From: Eukaryota sp. GEM-RC1 | Taxonomy: Eukaryota | Direction: 5' to 3' | Assembly: GCA_040285855.1 (NCBI GenBank) | Contig: JAUFOQ010000010.1 | Coordinates: 1,116,001-1,180,000 of the forward strand | Length of the DNA: 64,000 nucleotides | Shown: positions 13,884-26,200 of the stretch, in pieces | Numbering within the stretch: the stretch's first letter is position 1 | How the letters are laid out: every line of letters starts with the position of its first letter | Position numbers and translations under genes: made by a program | Notes under the pieces: model-generated | What the model was told of the DNA's origin: nothing | The model's database searches: none | What the model saw: the letters and a program-made list of their open reading frames with translations, nothing else

Positions 13884-15498
13884 CTAAGTTGAGTTAAAAC
13901 CCTCTATTTTCACTTTACCATTAACTTTCAACACTTTTGCCAAAGCTCGAGCAGCTTTATCACCGAAATCGTTGTACCAAAGATCAACACTTATAACTGT
14001 AGAATGAACCTTCAAAGTGTTTGCCAATGCTCTAGCTCCTGCATTTCCAATTAAATTGCGGGCAAGACTAATATTTGAAATTGTATCATTAACTTTCAAC
14101 AAATCGGCCAAAGCTCTAGCACCTTTATCTCCAATGGAGTTAAACTCCAGATCAATTTTTTTCAATGTGGTATTAACTTTTAAAGCATCGGTCAAAGCTC
14201 TAGCACCTTCATATCCAATATAGTTATAACTCAGATTAATACTTGTAAGTGTAGTATTAACTTTTAAAGCATCTGCCAGAACTCTAGCACCATCAATTCC
14301 AATACAATTATCCCGCATCTCAAGATTTGTAACTGTTGTATTATCTGTTAACGCATCTGCCAGAACTTTAGCACCTTCATATCCAATGGAGTTTTGACTC
14401 AGATTAACAATTGTAACTGTAGTATTAACTTTTAAAGCATCTGCCAGAACTCTAGCACCGTCATTTCCAAAGAAGTTGTCCTCCAGATCAATGCTTGAAA
14501 CTTTAGTATTAACTTTTAACGCATTTGCCAATGCTTTAACACCTTCACTTACAACACAGTTGTAACTCAGATTAAGACTTGTAATTGTTGTATTAACCAT
14601 TAACATATCTGCAAAACATCTAGCACCTTCAGCTTGAATAGAGTTGCCACACAGATTAATATTTGTAACTGTAGTATTAATCTTTAACGCATTTGCCAAA
14701 AAACTAGCACCCTCAAATCCAATAGAGTTGTTGCTTAGGTCAACATTTGTAACATTCGTATTAACTTTAAACGCATCTGCCAATGCTTTAGCACCTTCGT
14801 CTCCAATAGAGTTGTTGCAAAGAACAAAACTTGTAACGGTACTAACCTTCAACAATTCTATAAACGGTACAGAAATAGCAGCATCAACATCAACATGAAG
14901 TTGCTTAAGACGTGAAAAGAACAAGGAAGAGTTGTTCAGAAACTCCAAGTCATTGTGATTCTTTAATTCCAATTCCAATCCTGAAATTACATTAGAATAA
15001 TTGAGAAATTCTTCAACATTAAAGATCCCGTTTACATGTAAGAAAACAGATTGTATTTCTGCTCCAAAGTAAGAAGCAAATGAACAAAGTTGAGGAAGAT
15101 CTTTTGGAAGGACGTGAAACGTGTTTGTTTGGAAAAACACCTTAGTTGCAAGTAGAGCAGATTCAAAGAAACGATGACTTACATAGCCAACTCCCTTAAA
15201 GAATTTGGGCAAATCTCCCATTAAACTATCTAGAAATAGGTGAGGATCTCTTTCGAGAGAAGACTTCAACACCTCACCAAGATAGTGAAGATGAATCAAA
15301 ACAAGCAGAGATTGTTGGAAATGCAAGTTATTACAAGGGGGGATTATAAGCGAAGCGAGCGGCGGACGATGAATCAGAGCTAGGATTCGAAGAGGAGATC
15401 AGAGAAGAGGAAGTGGCATGACACTCAACAACGTCAGATACTGAAAGAGTATCATCCACTGCATGGCTACTACTCGAGAGAAGTTTTGAATGAGTCAT
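13884..15498 (-). CDS. LRR family protein (Ser-rich leader, core, 11 LRRs); one frameshift in a homopolymer
   Basis: ORFs 15331-15540 and 13884-15326 join if one base is removed from the G6 run near 15337-15342 (..YNPPCNNLHFQQS); start MTHSK at 15498. Confidence 0.85.
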
Positions 15499-17250
15499 GT
15501 TTTTGGTGATCACATTCTGCTTGATGGAATTCATTTGCATTCAACTAGAAGGATGCTAAAAATGAAGTTTCTCCACTGGATTTTTCAGAACAATACAAGA
15601 GAAACAAATATGTTGTTCCCTTGACTGCTCTCAAACATACTTGACATGTTGAGTACAAATTATATCCTTTTACAATTTCAATTTATGGTCCACTTGGAAA
15701 CAACGCTCTTTGTTTTCTCTCTGATTTTCAGAAAGTTGTCAAAAAAAATGAACAAGAAATTGATTTCAAGTTTTGGTTGAATCGTATTGTTTTTACAATA
15801 TTTAAAACCAATTCACATCATGATTTCAGAAGCTCTATCAGCTCAGTATTTTCTATGAAGAAAAAGCTGATGTGAGTTGTAATGGCAATGATTGTTGCTT
15901 TAATGATATTGAGTTCTAGTATTTGTGTTTATCTTAGAGTTTTTGTTTCATATAAAAAGTTCTTTTTTAAAAAAAGGTTGATGGAATTTGGCAACCAAGC
16001 ACTCTCGTGATTTGAGCTGCAATAAGTTATTTCAATCTAAGACATTTGCCGCGTATAATTGAACAATTAACTGCTCCAAATTCCAACAATCTTTTGTACA
16101 CTTAAATAAGCTCAAAATATTGTTCTTTACAACTAATGTGTTAAGTCTAACATACTGTCTGTACCAAGTAAACGAACATTGTCTAACCTTAAATGATACC
16201 AATTTTAGAGAAGAAAAGAGAACCTTTCTAGATTCACATAACTCAACCAGACTACCATCACTCAACCAGAGAACCATTTCACTCCTACATAAGTAGACTG
16301 AGAACAGAAATCAGTAGGAAAGAACAACTCCAAGAAACATACACCAAGACACGAGGTAATATTTTAAACGATTTATGAGATCTGTATCTATTGTTAGACT
16401 AGGAGTGATGTTCTTATTCATTTCTAATCACGTATTTCTAATCACCAAAGTAGTACTTCTTGCCCGTTCAAAGCATTTAATTTTTATATGTAATCTAATG
16501 TCAATACACGTACTTCAAATGCAGAAGGTTACATCGAGTATGTAGGAAGCAGTGCTATTTGATGGGTTCACAACTACAAATACATCAACTTCATCAAGAC
16601 CCTTCATGGCCAATGAAAGGCGCCATATATATTTCTTGAGCAACAGTTCAACGCACAATGGAATCTGTTTACTCATATGACTAAGTTAGTAAACAATCCT
16701 TGGCATAGTTTTGTTATGGGTAGATTTACTGGAGAATACTTCAGAAACAGAGAAATGTGAACAACAGATTGATTTTGACTCTCAATTTTTTGAATTCAAG
16801 AGTCAGTCCCAATTTACAATCAATTGTTTCAATTAATCTCACTGATACATATTTGTAGTAATACTAAAAACTCCAAGTAAAATTCACTTTTTAGGTATGA
16901 TTGTTGTGTAAAATCAAGATGATGAATGAATCAAGAGAGGAAATAGCAAATATATCAACAAAAAATCACGTTACTCAAGAATTAGGTACAATAATTCCAT
17001 ATCGAGAAGGTATTTTTGTTTTGATTCTGGTTCGTCTCTTTCCAACGAGACATATATATTAATACGGTCTCCGTTACGCTAAAAAAAGCTTCTATTTTGC
17101 AGTGATCATAAATGTACAGTAGTAAGTGTATCTGTAGTATTGGTCACTTGTTTTTACACTTTCATTAACTGAAGAAGTTCAGCAGACTAATAGTTCTAGA
17201 GATATATTAGTTAATCCAATTTATTAAGTGTGAACTGTGAAAACTTATGA

Positions 17251-18667
17251 TCACAAAAGAAGATGATTAATTCCTTCGATTTCAACTGTGGTATTAACTT
17301 TTAATGTTTCTGCCAAAGCTCTACCACCTTCAGCTTTAATATAGTTGTAACTCAGATTAATATATCTGACTGTGCTATTAACATTTAACGCCTCTGCTAA
17401 AGCAGTAGCACCTTCATCTCTAATTAAGTTGCCCTCAAAATTAATATATGTAACGGTAGTATTGACTTTTAACGCATTTGCCAGAGCTCTAGCACCTTCA
17501 GCTCCAATATAGTTTGTTTCAAGAGCAACACTTGTAATTGTGGCATTAACTTTTAAAGCTTCTGCCAGAGCTTCAGCACCTTCATTTCCAAGTCACTCCC
17601 AGATCAATACTTTTAAGAGTAGTATTAACTTTTAACGACATTGCCAGAAGTCTAACACCTTCAACCCCAAGTGAGTTGTTGTAGAAACTAAATCTGGTAA
17701 CTGTATTATTAACCTTCAACGTCTTTGCAAATTCTCTGGCACCTTCAGCTCGAATATTGTTCCAACCCAGATTACAACTCGTAAGTGTATTATTAACTTT
17801 TAATGAACGTGCCAACACTTTAGCACCTTCAGGTCGAAAAGAGTTTTTCCATAGATTAATACCTTTAATTGTAGTATTAACTTTCAACAACTCTGCCAGA
17901 GCTCTAGCACTTTCAGCACCAAGGGAGTTCATACCCAGATCAATACTTTTAATTGTAGTATTAACTTTTAACAACTCTACCAGAGATGCAATGCCCTCTT
18001 CCTTAATAGAATTGTTCCTCAGACTAATACTTGTAACTGTAGTATTAGCCTTCAATGATTCGATGGATACCAAACAAATAGAACGACGAATACGCACGCG
18101 AAGTTGTTTAACACGTGGAAAGAACAAAAACGGGTTATTGACAAACTCCAAGTCATTGGGGCTTTTCAAATCCAATTCCAATCCTGAGATTATAGGAGAA
18201 TAACTAATCCAGTCCTCAACATTAAAGGCCTTGTCCACGTGTAAGAAAATGGACTTGGGATCTGCTTTAAAGAAAGAAGAAAGTGGAAAGAGTTGAGGAA
18301 GGTCTTTTGGAAGAACGTGGAACGTGTTTGTTTGGAAAAACACCTTCGTTGCTAGTAGAGAGGATTCAAAGAAGTGGTCGCTCATATAGCCAAGTTTCTT
18401 GAAGAATTTGGGAAGATCTTTCTTTAAGTTAAGGACATCGGAAAAATCATCACGATCCCAATGAGAAGAATGTTCTAACAAATGATTGAGGAAATGGAGG
18501 TGGATCAAAACGAGAAGAGATTGTTGGAAGCGCAAGATATTGGGAGGAGAATGAGTGGAGGGGGACGTAACAGAGCTACCGCCAAACAACTTGGCCAAAA
18601 GGGAATCAACATATCTATACATTGACTGTAACAATTGAAAGATCACAATGACTTGTGATGACTTCAT
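17251..18667 (-). pseudogene. LRR family gene with retroelement-derived N-terminus, 9 LRRs; frameshifted
   Basis: Close paralog of 42804-44207. A ~5-nt deletion near 17593 (GTG A CTT GGA vs GTA AAC GCG CTT GGA) is not in a homopolymer. The frame resumes to ..IEGINHLLL*. Confidence 0.8.
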
Positions 18668-19049
18668 GTTGTATCCGACATGTTCAACTTTTATCCATAT
18701 TGAGAACTCAAACTTTCCCAAAACTCATTTCGAAACTAAAAATAAACAAGATCTGCGTATACAGAATTCGCAATATGCTGAAAGAAAATACTATTTTATT
18801 CTCCACAATTTAAAACTAAATATAGGGGCCAAGGCTCCTCAAATAAATAAAAATTCTATTTATTTCTATTTATATTTGATGTACAAACAAATACAAAAAG
18901 TTATAGAAATACCGCTAGCGCACTCGTAATTGTGATCATTACTGATAAAATTCTTAATATTGAAGATTTACTGCTTCTCTCTCTCATGACAGAAAAATCA
19001 CCAAGGAATTCTTACGTTTCCCACCACTTCCCCAGATGGTCATGAGGTT

Positions 19050-19399
19050 ATAGTGGAAGAAGATCAATTTCAAAGGTACAAGAGTCTATTTCCAAACGAT
19101 ATTAAATCATGTCCCCTTGTATAGTGGAAATTGTACAGTAATGAGTATCCTACTTTGGCAGAGATTTTAAGATCATTCCTGTAATTTCAATTCCCTTTGA
19201 AAGGGAATTTTTGATGAGTTTCATCAATAGGAACAATTGCAAATTTATTGGTTTATTCAAGCCGAAAAAATATCTACTTGGCTCGGTTTCAAGTCGACTT
19301 GTCACTTTGGTTTGGCTTACTCAAATGGCTCAAGCCAAAGCCGAACCAGTTTCAAATTTTACAAGCCGAACCATATGGCTCAAGCCGTTGACAGCTCTG
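19050..19399 (+). mobile_element. hAT transposon 3' relic (dimerisation domain, AAGCCGA subterminal repeats, terminal ..CAGCTCTG)
   Basis: QRYKSL..CPLV*WK..EYPTLAEI..IPVISIPFEREF resembles PLxWW..YPxLA..IPATSxxxERxFS; followed by repeated AAGCCG/GGCTC motifs. Confidence 0.6.
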
Positions 19400-19541
19400 G
19401 ATATTCATGAGTGGAATACTTGATTTTTTATTCGCCATGTTTAAAGAACATGGCTTAAAACTATAAACAAATTGCTATTTTAAAAACTTTTTATATACAG
19501 TGGCTTTAAGTATCAAAAGATGTTTTTTTGTTAAATAGCTG

Positions 19542-20118
19542 CTACTTTAATTGCTTTTGAATAGCTAATTCAACATTTTCTGCAGTTTTAGCAGAAGTTG
19601 GCACATAATCAATTCCATGTTCAGTTGCGAACGCTCTTGCTTCATCATCTGTTACTTCTCTGATTTGATCAAGATCAATCTTATTACCAACTAACGATAC
19701 AGAAACATTCTCACTGATAGATCCTTCGATTTTGGCCAGCCACGTTGGTACGTTTTCGAAGGATTGGCGGTTAGTTACATCAAACACAACAATTATTCCT
19801 TTAACATTGTGATACCATGACGACGTGTTAGTTTGAAAGCGCTGTGATGACGATATCCCACTGACATACTTCTTTACCAGCAGTATCCCAGATTTGCAAC
19901 TTGAAGGTCTTATCCTCAAACTCAAGAGTTTTGATTCTCTAGGATTGGTAAAGGAATGATCTTCATACAAAGTCTACACCCATCGTAGGAATGAAGGCAT
20001 CACTGAAATCATCATTCTGTGGTCAAAGAAGAGTCAGACTTACTGCATATCGTAGGAGAAGACATGACTTCCCGACAGCAGAATCTCCGACGAGAAGAAG
20101 TTTGTATGGAAGGGACAT
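19542..20118 (-). CDS. Divergent Rab1-like small GTPase, 4 exons (20118-20044, 20016-19969, 19938-19870, 19841-19542), 163 aa
   Basis: The spliced product has GDSAVGKS, TMGVDF, WDTAGKERF, GNKIDL and TSAK. Introns are GTAAGT..CAG (27 nt), GTATGA..TAG (30 nt) and GTATGT..CAG (28 nt), all phase 0. Confidence 0.9.
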
Positions 20119-21751
20119 TTGAGAGGAAACGTTTTCATTTAACCTGGATACGTGGCACACCGCTACACAGCCATACAAGTTAGAACCCGAATCTGGACAT
20201 TCCTACATACAACCATATCCGTCAGACATTTTTTGCCACAACGTGAGTTCGTTTTCTGTGATATGTCTGTTTCCATAAATTACATCCCTACAATGATCAG
20301 TTAGAGTTCTGTCTTGAGCTGTGAATCTCCCCACCTTGTTGATCATATAGAAGTTAAGTAAGGTTTGTATAACCATTAATCGTCCCTAATCACAGGAGGT
20401 TCTTCGTTTTTTGAAGAATTTGGTTCTAGAGAGCATTTCTCAGATGGATTCTTCAGTTTAGCTCTTTTTTGTCATTTCTGATTTTCGATATGTTCTTGCT
20501 TCTTTTCGTTTCACAGACTTAACCAAATAGACTCGCATTTTTTGATAACGATAGAATTAACAGGTAGAACGGTTCTTCTCCAGATAAAAAACGGATTCAC
20601 CAAGCACTCAACAATATGAATATCTTCGCCAAGGAATAACACCACCATCAACAATATAACAATCAACTAAATGGATGATGATAAGTCTTGAATTGTAATA
20701 AAAGAGATGTGGTGAAAACTAAATGAGTGTGATTGATGATTGATATATGGACAGTGTTTGAGTCGATGTTGAGACAAAACCAATATCTAACCCAGGGAAC
20801 AAGCTGCGTGCAGTTAGTAATATGCTTCATTCCAGAGTTTACTGTTGAAAAGGAAAAAACTTGAAGTTGAAATTAGAAGTCAGAATATCCTGTTCACAAC
20901 AATGACCAATTCGTCCATTGATTGCGTTCGCTGCGCCAGCAGCATCACTGAAAAACGAAATCCTTGGATGCTGTAATCATAACTTCTGTTCTCAACCATG
21001 TTACGATAGTTGGATGGAAGAAGTCGTTATGTGTCCTAAATGTGAGGAACTGCTCGATTGCTCATTACTTTCAGAGGCTGATGAAGAAACTCGATCTGCT
21101 TTTAACACGGATGATCTTGACTTGTCCGTTGTGTCAGGAGTGAGTGTGTCTAACTATCTTCAAACATCATCAGACTTGTGTGACGGCTTAGAAGAATTGG
21201 AGGTGTTTCAATTACGGCTACAAAATGAGTTGGTTGATAAAAGCACTGTCTTCAGTTGGAGTGGATATGGTCCCCCAAAACTTCCCTACTGCACTATCAA
21301 AGAAGTTATGCTTGTTTGCATTTCGAACGCTGTTGATCGAGTGCCATTTGAAACAAAGTTTTTCCCTTTCTCCCGCCTTCCTGGTGTACTGGACAACGTT
21401 TCACATTTAGGACGTGTAAGTAAGAAATTTCTAGTTCTATTTCAACAATCAGTTGAGATATTCTGTTATCGCAGAACTTTTTACATTTCCTCTTCCGACT
21501 CGATTTTATCCACGGTTTTGGATCTACGACACAATCCCCTATGCCCTCTACTTAGTCTTCCCTTTAAGAAATTATGCTCAAACATGTTCTTCGATGCCAC
21601 TTTGCGTTCAGTTTCAAGTTTTCCCTCTAATATACTTCGCCAAGTTAGATCTCTTTCACTTCCACTTACTGCTCAGTTCGATTTTCTACATGACTCCTTG
21701 AAATGCCATAATTTACATCATCTTGAAATCCATGATTCAAACATTCTTCAA

Positions 21752-21874
21752 TGTTAGCACAGCAAGTGTTAACACGTGCTCTATTAGTGAACTGTAGTCT
21801 TATTTTACTTAGATTATTCTCTCCCCTTATAAAGGTACCGTCCTTTTTCACTTTCAGCCTTAAACAAGGCATCA
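21752..21874 (+). repeat. 5' LTR (123 bp)
   Basis: TGTTAGCACAGC..AAGGCATCA, repeated at 27829. Confidence 0.95.
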
Positions 21875-21915
21875 ATAGCTATTGGCCGTACAATAAGGCC
21901 TATCTAACCTCAAGT

Positions 21916-23220
21916 ATGTCAACTAAACCCCAATCTTCACATCCAGCATCACACCTTCTTGCTGATCAGGTACGCTTCGTAGCACCGAAGCTGTCCTCCC
22001 TCTCCAAGAATGCCGTCGCCCGCTTCGTCCAGGAAGTCTCTCACTTCCTCCAGGCCTCCGAGCCTGAACAATTCCAAAGTATTCCTTTGACAGAACCAAC
22101 TGTGTTTCCTGCCTCCTCCGCTTCCATTCCTTCAGCTGCTGAACGCTTGGCTGAAGTCGAACAAATGATCCATGCCGCCTTAAGAGAATCTCACTCTCAC
22201 CTCGATGGTTTTGACCCTGAAACCTTTGCCGCATACTGGTCCGCTGCCAGGAAAGTCACAATTGCCGCCAACCCCCCTTCTCCTAAATCCTCTTCGGGAA
22301 CTTCCATGCCCAACTTTCTCAAAGACGACGCGGATACTCTAAGACGCAACTTAAAGTCTTCTAAATTATCTCACTCCTCTTCCTCCCCTCATCAGCTTGA
22401 TGACTGGGATGGCCCTTCCTTCTTTGATGACCCTCCCGTCCCTGAGGGCTTTCATCGCTTTATCCTCCCAAACATAATCAGCCTAATTCGTATTATGTGT
22501 CCAACCGCTCTTTCTAGCCAGGAAAACCTGTGGACTTACCTACTATCCACCATAGCCGCCAAAGACGCCTCAGAAGCCAGAAGATTGCTGAACTCACTCT
22601 CAATGAAAACGCCAGGCCGAGAACCACTTACATTCTACATCCTCGACCTCCAGAAAGCTGCCCAGAGATGCAAGAACTTCCTGAACATCTCCAGGCCGAA
22701 ACCGCTAATGGAAAGTTTCATCCAAGGCCTCAAGCCCTACGCTTTAAAAAGCAAATTGATGGATGAGTTCAAGATGAACATCATCCAGGACATCGATTCA
22801 CTAATATCCAGAACGATCGCGCTCAATGAAACTATAACTCATGAAGAAACGAACCCCAGATTCCGTAATGCTCAAAGAAGAAGTGATTTTAACTCTATCT
22901 CCAACTTTAGAACCAGAACTCCATATCCAAATTCCAACCTCCGAAACAAAGAACCAGCCGGCGAAAAGAAAAGCTGCTCTTTCTGTAAGAAAGACGGCCA
23001 CGTTATCGAAGATTGCTTCGATAAGTCGTGTAAGAAGTCGAAACATTATGATCCATCAGCTCCGCAAACGAAGAAGCCGTACTCAAATCCAAGGCTTCCA
23101 AGACCAACATTTGGAAACGCTAAAGATCAACTAGAAGCTCTAAAAACAATTTTGTCGCTTCCAGAGAGCAATGCTTTGAAAGTCCTTACTCTACCACTAT
23201 CTCAGATGACGAACCCATAG
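21916..23220 (+). CDS. gag: Gag with CCHC zinc knuckle
   Basis: MSTKP..FIQGLKP..CSFCKKDGHVIEDC. Confidence 0.88.
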   Translation: MSTKPQSSHPASHLLADQVRFVAPKLSSLSKNAVARFVQEVSHFLQASEPEQFQSIPLTEPTVFPASSASIPSAAERLAEVEQMIHAALRESHSHLDGFDPETFAAYWSAARKVTIAANPPSPKSSSGTSMPNFLKDDADTLRRNLKSSKLSHSSSSPHQLDDWDGPSFFDDPPVPEGFHRFILPNIISLIRIMCPTALSSQENLWTYLLSTIAAKDASEARRLLNSLSMKTPGREPLTFYILDLQKAAQRCKNFLNISRPKPLMESFIQGLKPYALKSKLMDEFKMNIIQDIDSLISRTIALNETITHEETNPRFRNAQRRSDFNSISNFRTRTPYPNSNLRNKEPAGEKKSCSFCKKDGHVIEDCFDKSCKKSKHYDPSAPQTKKPYSNPRLPRPTFGNAKDQLEALKTILSLPESNALKVLTLPLSQMTNP

Positions 23221-26200
23221 AGTTCGAGCTAGAACTCCCAAAATTTCTATCAAACACCTTCCTTTTGACAAATCCAAGAACGTCAACGCCCAAAGCCTCT
23301 GCCGAAACAATGGATGATCCTCTCCCAGTGAGTGTTCCGCTGGAATTAAGCTCTTCCGTAAAGGAATTGAGCCCAATAACAGGATCGGGTTTCGACCCTT
23401 TTCTACCAGTGCGAGATACGCCACAATGGGATGGTGACTCCAAAGTTAACGCAGTGGTCAAAGCCGAAGCCAAGTCGAATCAAGGACCTTCCAAGTTACT
23501 ATCTCTCAAAGTCCTTATAAATAACTCTCCTTTCGAAGCACTGATCGACAGCGCTTGTGAAACCTCTTGCTTCTCAGAGGACATCGCGAAAAAAGCCGGA
23601 TGCTCAATTGCCGCCAGCAGATTCAAGTTCACACTAGCAAATGGTACCAACATCCAATCCCCTGGAACCGCTAATTGCATACTGAGCTTTGAATTTGATC
23701 GTATCCTCTCTCCTTTGGTACACCTGAAATGCCAGATCCCAATTATACCAGGAGTAAACCAATTCCTAATTGGATGTGACTTGCTGTCAAGCCTCGGGCT
23801 ACTAAAGAAAACTCCCTGATGATCAACTTGAACAAAGAACATTCAAAGATCACAGGAGCCGAAGCCACCCTGGACCACCTAAGGGTCGACACACCTAGGA
23901 AAGGCCTCGTTCGCTGCAACGTCCACAACTTTAGACGTATCAGAAAGTAGAATCGAGCTTCCCAAAGAAACCGAAGAGAAATTGCTGAAAATTCTAAACA
24001 AACACAAAGACGTGTTCGGAAAACCCCATCCCGAAGGTGTAAAATGTAAACCAATGACTATCCCGTTTTACAACGAAGGCACTACCTGCAAGAAAGCCCC
24101 AAGAAACCTAAACCCTACTAAATTGAGGATCGCCAACGAGATCTTTGATGACCTCATCGAAGACGGATTCGCCGAAGAAACCTCAACTGAGTCTAAATTT
24201 AGCTCTCCAATCGTCTTGGTAATCTACCCTGACGGTAAAAAACCCAGATTAACAGGAGACTACTCAGGAACTGGAGGCGTGAACGCTTCCACCAGGCCGA
24301 TTGAAGCCCATCTACCCAAGATATCAGACGTATCTATCTTCCTCTCAAATGCCAACTTCATCTGCACACTAGACCTCCCGAAAGCATTCTGGCAAGTTCC
24401 GCTAGACCGAGCAGACTACCAGAAAACTACACTAAGCATCCCAGGCCGTTCAATATTCTTCAAAAGAGCCGCCTTCGGACTAAAGAACGTGCCAGCGTTC
24501 TTCCAGAACTTGATGCAAGACATCTTCTCCATGCCTAATGTCTTTATTTACATGGACGATGTAATCATCGCTGCTTCCACAGAAGAAGAACTGCTTTCCA
24601 CGTTAGATGCCATACTAACGAAAGCAGCCGAACATAGAGTCCGCTTCGCCCTCCGAAAATGTGCCTTCCTGACCTCAGAAAGCGCCATAAAGATCCTTGG
24701 AGCAATTTTCCATAAAAAGAAAAGATCTATAGACCCAGACAGGGTCAAATCCATCATCAAGCTGCCTATTCCGTCAACGATAGGCGAGCTGCGCTCCTTT
24801 AACGGCTCCATTAACTATATCCGAGACTGGATACCTCACCTGTCTAATTGCCTCCAACCTTTAACCGCCCTAACCAAAAAAGACGAGTCAGATCGCCGAT
24901 CAGTCAAATCCAAATGGACAAGCTCGCACACGAACTGCATCCTAACCATTAAGTATCTAATTTGTAACGCTTGCGACCTAGCTCTTCCCGACGCAAACGC
25001 AAAAATAGTGATCTCAACAGACGCCACTGACAAAGCCATCAGCGGAGTAGTATGGAAGAAGCTTGACAAGACCCCTACGACCTCTCCACTAGAAGAACAA
25101 AAATTAGAACCAATAAGCTTTCTCTCGAAGACCTTGACGGATAGCCAAATGAACTGGCCAATAATCCAGAAGGAACTCTTCGCGATAATCTGTACCCTGA
25201 ACCAGCCCGCCATGGCCAACTTCTTGATGACACGACAGCTAACGATTTTCTGCGACCACAAGAACATCGTTTACCTGATTAACCAGCCAGAACGAAATCG
25301 GATCGTAACCCGCTGGATCCCCCTACTATCTAACTTCTCTTTCGAAATCATCCACGTCGAAGGTCCAAACAACGTATTCGCCGACCTTCTTTCCCGTCTC
25401 ACGCCCGCTAACCCCAGTTTAGAATCAGAATTACCTGAAACTTCAACATGCTTTAGCTTATTTTCAGTAGAACTCTACGACACCGAATACTACTTTGACG
25501 AAACCCCAACAAAAACCGAATGCCCCAAGTGTGGAGAACAAATGCTCTACCTAACCATGCCCGACCACATACCTTGTGAAGGTCCATACTTCGCATGCAG
25601 AAACTGCCTCAACAAACTAGAACCCCATGAAGTCTATAACGATGATGAACGCAGAGCTCTGCTTCACCTGTATCCGAAAGAAGATACGCCCATCAAAGAT
25701 TACTGTGGCATCTTCCAGCTAGACAAAGCAGGACCTCGGAAATACATCGAACGCAGAGACGACCACATCAAGGAACTATGCTTCCGCTTTGTAAAGCACA
25801 AAGGTCTCATCAGAAGCCTAGAAAAGAAGAACTCTTCACTAAGGAAACTAGTAGAACCTCCTGCCAAAATCAAAATAATAGAACCAGAATCGGAAATTCC
25901 CTGTGGCCATTGCAACCACGGAACCACTGACTTAGAACTATGCGCCAGCCACCATCAAGTAACAACATACCAAGAACGACTGGTCTGCCACAGTTGCAAG
26001 AAATATACAACCGATCAGTTGCTGACCGAAGCCAAAGATAAACTAAAGAAAAGAAAAACTAAAAACTCCCACAAGAAGCTCCTATCTTACGATGGCACAG
26101 GCCCCCTCGTATGCTATTCTTCCACAGATGAATCCCCTTATGATTCAAAAGAATCAGAAAACTCCGACTCTGATACCCCCTTTACCCAAAAATGCTTCGC

